The notes under the pieces are model-generated. The model was not told the DNA's origin and did no database searches. It was given only the letters and a program-made list of their open reading frames with translations. Positions 46,204-58,508 of a DNA stretch of 64,000 bases are shown here, piece after piece. A program made the position numbers and the translations under genes. Position 1 is the first letter of the stretch; each line of letters opens with the position of its first letter. The stretch covers positions 10,416,001 to 10,480,000 of the forward strand of contig NC_135255.1 in assembly GCF_964204865.1 (NCBI RefSeq), given 5' to 3'. This DNA comes from Styela clava. Its lineage: Eukaryota.

Positions 46204-49200
46204 ATGATTTCATCTTATGGACCTGTCCAGCAAGCTCTACTCGGAACTTTGTTTACATGGGGATTGACTGCAGCTGGTGCTAGTCTTGTATTTGTATTCA
46301 AATCTGGAAAAGTAAGTTTAAAGATTTTTTTTTCAATATTCTGAATCATAAGCTGTAGAGTACGGTAGACTACCGGTACTATTTGTTTTCTGTTTACTCC
46401 ATTCAGGTCCAGAAATTCAACTGGAAAACTAATCTAAGGCACAAGTCCTGATGCGATATGATGTTTGCTGCCCATAATAATACTTGTAGTTCAGTAGTTG
46501 GTACCATTATCTTCATAAATTATAATGACAAAAGTTTTCATCTATGTCTATGGGAAGCAATTCAGAATTGATTGCCTGAAAAGATCTTTTTAATTTTTAT
46601 ACTAACTGAATCTATTCTATTTTTAGCGGAAAGTTTTAGATGGAAGCCTTGGATTTGCTGCTGGGGTAAGGTTTTAAATTATTGTTGTTTGCAGAAGAAA
46701 ACTTATTTTTACAATATATTCAAAATTAATTTTAGTCTAATTCTACCTCTTACACAATGACTGAATGAGGTTGGGTGCAACTCCCAAAACTCGGGTGTTA
46801 CAACTCAATTTCACCCCCATAAATAGCTTTCATCTTTTTATTATCTGATTTTTGTAATGCTCACAGATATTTTGACTTTTATTCTTTATCAGGTAATGAT
46901 TGCGGCATCATACTGGTCATTACTTGCTCCTGCAATTGAAATGGCAGTATTATCTGGTAATTATGGAAAAGAAGGCGAATATGCTTTTATCCCTGTGGCG
47001 GTTGGATTTGCTGCTGGTGCACTATTTGTCTATGCTGCGGATATTTTAATGCCTTTCTTGGTAAGTATTAACATGTTTTAGATTATTAAGCTTACTGAAA
47101 GTGTAGCTGAACAATTTCTTTAAAATTAGGGAATGCTGAGTGAAGATATCAATAAAAAATTTAAAAGGTTCTGCGATTGATGCATCATGTTGAATGTGAG
47201 GAATAATTATGTGCTAAAGCAGTGGTTTCCAAAGTGGGGTCCGCGAAGCACTTTCGGAGGGCCTGCGACAGAAACATGTTATATAGCTTGATAACACAAA
47301 AATTCAGTGCTTAAATTTGCAAATACACATTTGACGCCCTTTGCTGCTTCGCAATCACTGCTGGAGACACTGATTCATCACTTACTGTTTCGATTGTGCT
47401 GCCCCATTGTGTTGTCACAGAGCTGTGTGACTGTAATATCACGAAGAGAGTTCAATTGCTGCCTATACAAGTTAACTAACTGCAGAGGTGTAGCTGACAC
47501 TGCCTTTTTGTATGTTTGTTGGTATAGGAGGCAGTTTATGAAGTTATGCTTGTTTACAACGAAACAAGTGCACCATCATATACTTTTGTTCGTTTTAATG
47601 TTTTTCACCATACCGCGCATTGATTTTTTAATGTATTGTTTTAGTGCACAAGGCCGGGAATCAGTGTTAACTCTAAGCAAATTATGAGTGCGAAAGTGCT
47701 TCGCAGTCGAAAAAAAAAGTGCGAAAGTGCTTTTGCCGATTTTAACAAGTTAGGTGCCCTTAGCCTTTCATATAACCCATTTAAAACGGCATAGATACTC
47801 GAAAAAGCACTCCTCCGGTTAATATTATGAATTAAAGAGAAGCCTTTCCGTTAACTGAGTTCCCTTTAAGCGAATTCATGTTTAATTAAAACAAGCAAAT
47901 TCATCGGCAACGAAAGGACATCTGCTAACACCTGCCGCGGAAAAAACTTTCATGCAATGTATCACGGTGTCAGTTGCTTACTCGCGTGAACAGCAAAGGC
48001 CTTCACATTTGTTACTCCTTCCATCTAACAGACACGAGGCAGGCTGGAAACCATATTAGTTACAGGGTAGATCCTTTGTACAAATCCCGTGCACAATAAT
48101 CCCCCCCCAAATATAAATATCAATCAATATCAAGGGTTAGGTGCGCTGGAAATTCAACTTTTCGATTTATCCCTAAACCCAATCTGATAATTATTAATTT
48201 GTGATTTTGAACCACTTTGAAAGTCGCCACCCGCTGTTTTGAAAGATAGGTTAACCTATGTTCCCTCCGAAATATTACGCAGGATACTTCCCTGTTTTAG
48301 GAGATAGGTTGACCTACTTTCCTTTCAAACTTTTTTCTCCGAAATATTACACAAGATCACTTTGAAAATCCTCCCGTTTCGTGAGCTAGCGTGACCTAAT
48401 TTCTCATTTACATTTATATTATACTATTTCAGAGCTTACCCAAAGACAAGTAATTTTTAAATGTCGACATGCCTTGGTTTGGGTGCGAGTTAGTTTAAAT
48501 CGGGCAGAAAACATCATATATTGGCAAAATGTTTAGTAATGCCATGTACTTTCAGCATTCATAAATAACACTCTTTGTAATGCTGCTGACCTAGTATCAA
48601 ATATTCGCATCACAACGCCACTTGCGAGATTTCCATATATTTCAATTAGTAATTACACTAATAGGAACGATGACACCAAAGAGTTTTCTTTTGCGGAGGT
48701 ACACTAAATATAACGAGGGTGATTCTTGAAAAAAACGTGAATATAAAAAATAAGAATGATATGATAGTGGATCCCAAATAATTTTGAGAGTGTCTCTAAA
48801 TACCAATCCATTTGATAAATAATTTTTATTCGACCACATGAACGCTGATATCCTGAAAATTAATGTTGAAAGAGAAGTACGCATTCTCAGATATCGGACA
48901 TCCAGTCGCGATATTCAATCGTTCATATGCACCAATCTCACATTAATAGTAATTGCTACCCAAGTTTGTAAAGTTTAGAAACCAACAAACAGAAAATAAC
49001 TTATCCTAAAACACAATTGAAATTCAGTCGGCAATAAATTCGTCGCCAAGACGATGCCATACAAAAAAGATTTGGTCGCGAGAGTTACGTTAGCTGACTG
49101 CAAAACGACGTTGTTTTTTGAGCAGAATGTAAAAAAAATTATAATTAATAAACGGGAGTTACGACGCCCTTAACACATTGTGTGTATTAAACCTGTTGGA

Positions 49201-52200
49201 GTATTTGGACAATTTCGAATTTAAAATAAATGAAAACCCGACTTATAATAAAGACGCAAAAGTAATATGAACATTTATTGAAAAAGTTATTATTTAAGAA
49301 AGACAACATGATCGTACAATTCCGCCAAAACCTCGATGTTCGCAAGTGAGATGATAAACAAATACTTCCCTGTATTCGATCAATTAACTTTAACGTATCG
49401 TTGTTCTGCCAACAAACAGCCGGGTGCAAAATATTTCCGTCCTGTGATATGCTCACAAATATTCTCGATATTAATATCATACCATCGCGTATGTTCTTTC
49501 TATTAGCTCTTTAGTGATCCCTTCCATCCTTGGCCAAGTCATGTTTCGAATATGTGAACATTTTATTCGACAATACATGGCCGGCGGGATGTTAAAATTG
49601 TAAACAAGAGAGAGGTAGAATCAATCGCGAATTTCGTTATAACGGCTCGTTTACGAATTGTTGCGCCTGTTATCGTCGAAAATGTTTACATTTGTTGTAT
49701 TTTGAGGCATTTAAGAGGTAATAATTAGGGCATGACATCATCAAAATTGTCAAGTAAGATCTTGAAATTGCAAATTCCGTAAATAAAATTGTGAATTACT
49801 CGGTAACGAATTCAGCTTTAATGACCGTGGGGGTAATGTTTTGTTGAAAATTATTATTAATGTGAGAGCGCCAAAAACATACAGTCCATGCCGATGCGGC
49901 CGCAATTGGTGTGGCGAGTTTATTAATAGTGTAAAATAAATTAAACGAATATCAATTATAACCAAGCCTGTCAGCGTGTTTATTTTCTGTGGGCAGGAAT
50001 CGTAAAATACCATCTTGAGACAAATTCACTTCTATTATAAAATCTTAATTTTCAGTTATTATCGTTATACAAATAACGTGTGGCAACTTTTTAATTTATC
50101 GTCGATCAAAAAACCGCCCCACACTCGTCCAAACGTGTGTCGAGCTTGAACGACAGGAACAGATTCATCGACGACTTTAATTAGGGAAAATATGTATTTT
50201 ATTGGGAATGCAAAATAAATGTAACAAAACGAATTTTTTTGTGATATAACTTTGTATTTTCGGAAAGGGGTTGCCGTGAAAGGTAAAATTTGATCTAATT
50301 AATCGCAAAAATGTTTTATTTTAAATGTAACAAAACACATTTTGCGATATAACCTTGTATTTTCGAAAACGGGTGTCCTGAAAAGTAAAATATGATCTAA
50401 ATTAATCGCAAAAATGTTTTATTTCAAATGTAACAAAACACATTTTTCGAGATACAACTGTATTTTCGGATACCGGGTGTCATGAAGAGTAAAATATGAT
50501 CTGAATTAACCGTAAATAATGTTACATTCCAAATGTAACAAAACGCATTTTTTGCGATATAACTTTGTATTTTCGATAACGGGCGTAATGAAAATTATTA
50601 ATCTAATGTGTGATCTATTGTCTAACTAACGTCTGGAACACATCATTTTTGGGGAGAACTCTAGCCCGCGAAACGTCATTTAATTTAAAATAGAGAATGT
50701 TTCACGCATTCCAAAACGGAAAATCACCAGTAAGTGGACAGGGATTCAACCCTCCGGATTCAGTATTCTATATCCCCCGTGTCAGAACTTTCTGAAGAAT
50801 GGAACAAAGAACCCGTCAAACCGCCGCGGAAAAGGGGAGTATTTTTTGCACTAATAATTAGGGCCTGACATTATCAAAATCGTCAAGAAACTGGTGAATT
50901 TGCAAATTCCATAAATAAAATTGTGAATTGCTCGGTAACATTTTAGCTATAATTATCGTCGGGGTATTGTTTTGTTGAAAACACGTTGAAACTTGAGGGA
51001 ATTAGTTACGATTAGCGCCTGACCTCTATTAGGCACTCGAGCACTCGAAAAAAAAGCACTTGAGCCCAATCTTTTTAGCATTTAGTCGCATACGTAAAAT
51101 ATCCTGTAAAAGAAGTGCTGTTCATTAACGTCATCTCGTCTTATGACCACGCAGAAATGCCTTTATTGCCGAATTATTCAATCACTATTTTAAATCAACA
51201 TTCAGGATTGGCGCAATTTCAGATTTGCGAAGTTTATCACCATAGAAATACATGAGAAAGTTAATTATCGTCTAAATAAATATCTGCATCACGGTATCGA
51301 CAATAATATTAAAATTGGGACGGTAAATTTACAAATTTGATGGGTAATATTAAAGCCAACGCAATTTGGGTCCTCAATGTCTTCAACAGATGTTGCCGAT
51401 GTGAACGAACGATAAAACCCGGAATATAAAACTTCGATGTCCGCCGACCCGCAAGAATTCATATTTGTAATAAAGAGAGGGCGGGAATATAGATTACCAA
51501 AACCTGTATATCGCCGCCAAAACGATCGGTGACAAGAACAATTAGCGATTACAACGGAATTAACCAGTAAAAAGGCTTTGTTGCCGATTTTTTAATGTTT
51601 CCACCACGTTTATTCGGTACTCGTTAAAAATATTGGATTCAAAAAAATATTGAATTTTGCCCACCCGTCCTCGCATATCAATGAGAAATAGTTGTGTAAA
51701 TAATTCCGGAAAATGCCACGTGCTTTCAACTTTGTGATTACAATAAAATGGCACTTAATGGTATTTTGTGAATTTGGTGATTTTGCAAATCTGTGACATG
51801 CTGCTAAAAGTTTGGTCTGATTTGAAAATCGTGCACTTTGGTCACAATACATCCAAAGTGACTATAACACTTTACTAACACTCTTATAGTCATTTTGAAT
51901 TCATCGATATCATTGATAGTCACATGACCACTCTCGTTCAAAGAAACGCACTGCGTAGTATTCCAACATCTGGTTTCAAAGGCGGAAGCGTTTTTTGCGG
52001 GAGAAGCGAAGCGGAATGGTGTGCTTGTATAATAATCATATTATAAAAAAAGAATTTTGCTGTTAATGCAAAAGCTTTATCTCCTATGTCTGCATCTCAT
52101 AGGTTAGAATTCCAGTAAATATCGTTATGATATGCAGAATTGAGTTACAAAAGTACTAGTATGTTACTTATTTGTCAACTTAATACTCGAAAATATTTGT

Positions 52201-55183
52201 TAACTTTGAATTTTTATTCCATTCAAAATCGGAAAAAAGTGCTATTTCTCTTCAAAATCGGAAAAAAGTGCTATTTCGCAGTCCCTAAAAAAAGTTGAGA
52301 AAGTGCTTCGCAATTTTCGCAAAAAAGTGCGCTAATAGTGAACACTGCCGGGAATCATTAAAAAAATTGCGAGGGGGCATCATGGAATTTTTTTTTATTT
52401 GAGAAATACTGTGCTATTGGATTTCTAGAATTGTAGCCACGTTAGGGTGGTACTGTCGACCGAATGAGCGATCGTAGTTTGCCATATGATCAAGTTATTT
52501 ATCATCATTCCTCTCTCTTGGGATAAATGTGAAAATCCTATCCTTGTTTATAACTGTATTATAATAACAGGGCAATCCAATGGCTTCAATAGCTGAAAAT
52601 CCAAAAATAGAAGATCTTCCGATGTCTTATGTTGAAGTAGAATCTAATGGTACTGACAATATGGAAAAGGGTAAATTCATATTACTTGTTATTTGGCTCA
52701 TCAGAATTACTACAGAAAATATAAAATTGGTTTCTGGTACATTTCAACACTGTGGTATTCTAAATATATTATATAATGAAATATTTAATTCACAGAACCG
52801 AAAGATAACAAACAGGGTAGATATATGATAAGTTATATACGAATAATGGTAAATATCTGTTGAGGTGGTGCTATAGTACTGATCGTGTGGTATTGCATTA
52901 ATTTATATGCTGATTCCAAGTGAAAATGGCTTACAAATATCTGGAGTTAGTTCAGATTTTATTGCATGAGATATGTTTTGCATCAGCATGCTGTTTGCGT
53001 AAATTCAAAAATTGGTGATATTGAAAGGGTATGGGGTATGACCAAATGAATTTATTTCATTCAATGCTTCTGTAAATCTATATTACAATTTGTTTGGTGT
53101 ATGTACGGGGTGCATGCCGCACGTTCGTTTTTTAGGCCAGTATGGTCTTGTGCATACATCCCGTCTTCAGTAATGATAATTCTATCTACGCTTTTGTTAA
53201 CATACATACATGTTAGGCTTAGCTGGCTTCCTGGATGATTCAAATAAATCACAACTCAAAAGCAACAATTCATACATAGGAAGCTACTCTGTCGGAAGCA
53301 ATGTAATATTACTGCTTTGGTGTAGAGCAGGGGTTCCCAAACCGCGGCCCGCGGGCCAACTCCGGCCCGCGTAACGATTTAAAACGGCCCGCCGAGCTTG
53401 AGTGAAATAATGAAACAGATTTTGTATTTATTTTTTTACAATCTTGAAACCGCCAATTGTTCATAGTTTAAGATCGTGTTCATGGTAACAATTCGATTAT
53501 GTATGTACCGGTATTAGGATTACATAGGGCAGTAATTTAGTTATCAGCCATATAAGAAAGGTTAGAGATGCTAAATAATAAACTAGACTCTGAAAATAGA
53601 CGTTACTCCGATAAATGGCATCGGTATTTCTGTATTGAAAGGAATCAAACTTTAGCGATTTGTCCACTTTGCCAGCGAATTATTCCAGTTCTGAAACAAT
53701 ACAGCATAAAGCGCCATAATGAGACAAACAAACATGTTTCAAAAAATGTCAATTGTGAATCCACTGAACCCCATCTAAACCGTCACACATTTTCGGGGCA
53801 CTATACACTCTTCCGGCCTGCGGTCAATAAAGTTTGGGAACCCCTGGTGTAGAGCTACTGGTACTCCTCAATTGGCAAACATGAGCAGAAAGAGGCTCAA
53901 GCCCGACACCTTTAATCATACAAGATTACTATTGCTTGCAGGTACAACTCTGACACAAAGAAAAAAATCTGAAGAGAACCATACAAGCAATGTTTCGAAA
54001 GAAACCTCAATGTATGATACTGTGGAAACACAGAAACAAGTTTCATGGAAAAGAATATTATTGTTAATAATAGCGATAACTGTGCACAATATTCCAGGTA
54101 ATAGTTGTATGTTTTATCCCCCATCGCTGCCATGTAGATTAAGAACAGTAGCATAGCCGAGAAGTCCTGTCCACATGCTCAGCAATATATAAAGTTACCA
54201 ACAACTGAATTGACCGAAGGTCCCCACACGGCATTGGATTGTAAGATTCATTCTAAAGTTATTATGTTGATTGAGCTATCAAAGAATATTCGGTTAATCA
54301 ATTGGCTCACCCACGCAATAATAGTTCTGGCTGCATTCTTGGCTTGTGACGGCAGCTGACAGACGAAGAACTTGCTTAATGAGCCACAAGCTGAACATGT
54401 TTGTATCTGAAACTATTGAAAAAAACATTTACCAGTTCCTAATGTATTTCCAGAGGGACTTGCTGTGGGTGTAGGATTTGGTGCCATTGGAAAATCTGCC
54501 TCTGCAACATTTGAGAATGCCAGGAATCTTGCTATAGGAATAGGTATTCAAAATTTTCCTGAAGGACTTGCAGTCAGCTTGCCTTTACGCGGTGCTGGCA
54601 TGAGTGTTTGGAAAAGTTTTTGGTGAGTTTGTGTACATTCATTGCGTTCTGATGTAGGATCGCATTTGGTGGGCAAAAATCATTTTTATATTTCCAGGTA
54701 TGGTCAATTAAGCGGAATGGTGGAACCAATAGCAGGAGTTCTTGGTGCTTATGCCGTAGTTGTAGCAGAACCTCTATTACCCTATGCACTAGCTTTTGCT
54801 GCGGGAGCGATGATATACGTCGTAAATGATGATATTATACCTGAAGCACAAACAGGGTAACTTTAGTACAACTTTGTGATTAAGTATCATAAATAGTGGC
54901 TAGTTTTGGGTTTTGTCTGGTTATGCATTCAGACCATTTCTATAGTGGGCGAAGTATAAAAGTGTCTTGAGACTACCAAGGGCAGTAATGTATTATAATC
55001 ACATACTCCATGCTATATTACTAAACCCAATCGTTCCAGTCTAGCTAATTGACAGGGCACAACTGGTCCCACACTTTCCTTACATATGTATAATTTTGTT
55101 ACAGTGGAAATGGGAAGCTTGCATCTTGGACATCAATTGTAGGTTTCATTGTGATGATGTCACTAGATGTTGGGCTTGGATGA
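46204..55183 (+). CDS. SLC39A11: Zinc transporter ZIP11 (GufA subfamily), 325 aa, 8 coding exons
   Basis: Exons 46204-46311, 46627-46665, 46893-47060, 52571-52670, 53942-54097, 54454-54622, 54698-54856, 55105-55183; all GT-AG and phase-compatible. Motifs [48 protein letters not shown]. Confidence 0.95.
47662..52347. mobile_element. 4.7-kb non-coding hAT-like element
   Basis: TIRs CAGTGTTAACT / AGTGAACACTG; perfect 8-bp TSD CCGGGAAT; clustered AAAGTGC subterminal repeats at both ends; no transposase ORF. Confidence 0.88.
50217..50595. repeat. ~105-bp tandem repeat (about 3.6 units) inside the hAT-like element
   Basis: AAATGTAACAAAAC...GATATAAC(T/C)TTGTATTTTCG...GATCTAA...CGCAAAAATGTT units. 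Confidence 0.85.
53328..53846 (+). mobile_element. Internally deleted hAT Buster/Charlie (SPIN-like) element retaining a zinc-finger remnant
   Basis: Perfect TIRs CAGGGGTTCCCAAAC / GTTTGGGAACCCCTG; perfect TSD GTGTAGAG; ORF 53568 has K.DSENR...KW..YF...C.LC...VLK.Y.IKRH...KH, typical of the N-terminal zinc finger of these transposases. Confidence 0.9.
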
Positions 55184-55583
55184 TGGGTCTGTCCATGGTC
55201 AAGAAGCTCAAGTCTATCCATTTTAGTGCAATTTGTCACTAGGTCATTTTGTTAGTGCAATATTCTTTTTAGATTAATTATGCTGGTCATAGAAATGTCG
55301 CGGACCTACCTAGGTGGTTATCATGTAGAAGTCTTACGAAGCAAAAAAACAACTTAAATCATTTGTAGCTACAACTTCATATCTGCCAAATAGTGCTTTT
55401 ACATTACACGCTAACCCAATGGAAAAGAATTACTTGTTTGTATTAAAATATAGCAATTGATATGTATACAAGGTACAACAATATATTTTTCTAATGGGTA
55501 TGTACGATTTTGTTGGTCCTGTTTGATAAATCAGAGCAGCTACATTTGAAGAGACCTAGGCAAACAGTGTGGGTAGATCACGA

Positions 55584-58508
55584 TTATGGATCCCATACCG
55601 CAACTAAACCTTCCCCGGTTGCGACCGCCAGTCTTTTGCCTGTTAGTGACATATCTGCTACACCTCCAGATCTTCTTAAATGTATTTTTGTCATGTAATC
55701 AGGATCAAATGTGGGCTGATAAATCTAAAAAAAGAACAACTTTGTATCTATATATATGCTTTGGGGGCGAATGCAAAGAAGGGGCCCCCAAAGCTAGGCG
55801 AAAAACTGGCTTTACTTTCCAAGAAAACTCCCAGTTGATAAGGTTATTATGGGATTTGGAATATACCAATTATTAAAATAACACTATAAATATATAGACA
55901 GTGTCCCGAAGGGCCCATAAGAGGTTACCACTGTTTAGAAATACAGGAATGTTATATGTTCCTTCGCGCACATGGGATTCCTTTTTCTCTATTGAAAATT
56001 AGATGTAACCTACCTTTACCCACCCATCTGCATTGCCAGAATACACAGCCCCAGCTGTATAAATTAAACTGGAAACTTTCCAGCTATATCCAAATGTAAG
56101 CTCTGTTGCTAGCAGAACATTCCCAAAATCGCATGCATCATACACTCTTATATTCCCATTTCTTAAACCAGTCCATATTTGATCTTTTTGTACGCTGAGG
56201 GACATGGCGAAACTGGGACTTTTAATCTGAAGTAAGAAACCAGAAACTCTTACATCATAGAACTACGACACTATCCTCAACTCTCAAGGATTGGGAGTGG
56301 TACAGGTTGTATATTCGTAGCTTGGGTTGACTTTGGAATAGTGTCAAAACATTTTGAATAGTATTTCCACATTTGATTTACGACCTTCAGTCAACTCCAA
56401 ATTCAGTACATGCCATGTTTAACTATGTTCATTTTGAGCTCTGCTCATAGAAATTTACGATTCTTAATTCTAACCTGGGAATGGGAAATGAGCCCATATA
56501 ACAATTTTTGAAATGGCAACGTTTTCATGTTCATGACTTGTTTACATAAATTATTTCAGCATTAAAGACTTAATAAACCTTGTACCTAATATTTGATGTG
56601 GATTTTTTCACACATCTTCATTAAGAAATTAACATTCACCTCTTGAAGAACATTGAAATTTCTTTTATCAAGAATGACAAGTAATCCATCTTCACCAGTT
56701 GAAACGATATAGTTATCATTTGTTTCAACTTTCAAAACTGCCTTCCTATGATGAATCATTGAATGTGATACACCACTACCTGTAGGAATGTTGGTACAAC
56801 AGTGATCGAATTTGAGTTATTGAATAATTTAACATGGGATATTATCATATTACACAGGGTTTTTTATCAGTAATTTCTTCAGCGAGGGTTATTAAGAAGA
56901 CCGAAGAAAGCTACAAAATTTTCAAGTTGGGCATTCTATTGGTATTGACATGAGCACTTTTAGCCTCGCGTCAATCCGTACCTACAAACACATAATTCTT
57001 CACTAAAATGATTTATAATCTTCGTAGCCCTTGGTACTTAAGCCGCATCTGTAATTTTGCTCAAAGATTAATCTCCTATGATTATGAGAGAGTGTGAGTG
57101 ACATTACTTCAAGCATGTGAAAAAAATACATATCTTCAAAAACAAGCTGTTAGATATTAGACAATTTTAATTGTAATCTGAAATACAAAATCAGAATTTG
57201 AAATGAAGCTGATAATAATAATAACAACTTATTCAAACCTCACTTCTGGTATCAACAACAATTGTCTTTTTATTGTAGCAGCCTGCAATCAGTGTATTAT
57301 CATCGATATAAGATGAACAAAGTATTGCAGTTCGTGCGTTTACTGATTGTATCATATTCAGTGTATCAACATCCCAAAACTTCACAGTGGAGTCAAATGA
57401 TGTACTGCAAAATTGGTTTCCTTGCGATGTGATTGACCATACCCAGCCCTGTATATTGTAAAAATATGAAAAATACCTACATATTATATTCGAATAAATA
57501 GTCAGCGATTCGAGATGCCATGCCGAATGATACTTACGTTATGCTGCATCAAATTCTTGTAATGCAATTCGTTAGGTTTTGCACCTATGTTCGATCCTGG
57601 TTCTGGATTCAATTTCCAAACTGTTATGCTTCTATCTCTTGATCCGCAGATGCATAGAGATCTGTTCTGAAACCAAGTTGTTATTATATGCTTTCATATA
57701 CCATAAAGGATAACAAAAAAAATAATGACTAAGACAATAAATTCTAAATAATTTTTTGAGTTTTTACAAGATACTTCCGAGTAGAGAGAAATCAAAATTG
57801 TCAAATCAGGGTTTTATCAGTATACCAGATTATTATGATGAAACTTCACAAAAGTGGTTTTCAAACGGTGGGGGGGGGGGGGGGCGTAGAAAATTTTTTG
57901 AGGGGACATGAAGGTAAATTTTTCATAAGGAGGATGCATGTAAAACCTTTCAATATACCTTCATTAAGTGAACTGCGTCAGTTGCAAATCCACTTGTTTC
58001 GCTCAAAGTTATCATGTTGTTGTTCATATCCAAACCTTTCCATGTCTTCTCACAGAGTTCTCTCTCTTTACAAGCTTCTTTCCACGACAAATCATCTCCT
58101 ATAAGAACAAAATATTGAACAAAGGCTTCTGAAAAGTTGAATTCAAATATTTCATTCACACTGGAACATAGCTAAATTTTCACAACCGAATATATACAGA
58201 AAGGCCCCAAACTTACCCTGAACTATTGGAAATGGTTGAGGGAATCTTTGAAAAAGACGAATTCTCCAATACTTTTCATTTGAGAGTAAATTCTTAAGAA
58301 ACTGGCATACATCGGACACAGTGTTCAATAAGTAGTCAGCTTCAATATAGGAAAAAATATGTAACAAAACTTCTTGAGGTAGTTTTAACAAATGTGGCTT
58401 TTGATCAATTTCTTGAGAAGAGCTAAAATCCATCATTTCCCCAACAACAACTGCTGCAATTGACGTCTGCTTGCAATCACAAGGTTCTGCATCATCTGGA
58501 GTTTCCAT
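55584..58508 (-). CDS. FBXW9: F-box/WD40-repeat protein 9 (MEC-15-like), 419 aa, 7 exons
   Basis: Exons 58508-58217, 58098-57959, 57666-57538, 57448-57244, 56779-56640, 56226-56014, 55724-55584; all GT-AG and in phase. F-box LLKLPQEVLLHIFSY; WD motifs GSRDRSITVW, HNGWVWSI, SFDSTVKFWD. Confidence 0.85.

Larger units (their letters stand above)
47220..52411. mobile_element. Outer hAT-type MITE in ZIP11 intron 3, split by a younger insertion
   Basis: CAGTGGTTTCCAAA ... TTTGAGAAATACTG; imperfect TSD TGCTAAAG / TGCTATTG. Confidence 0.55.
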
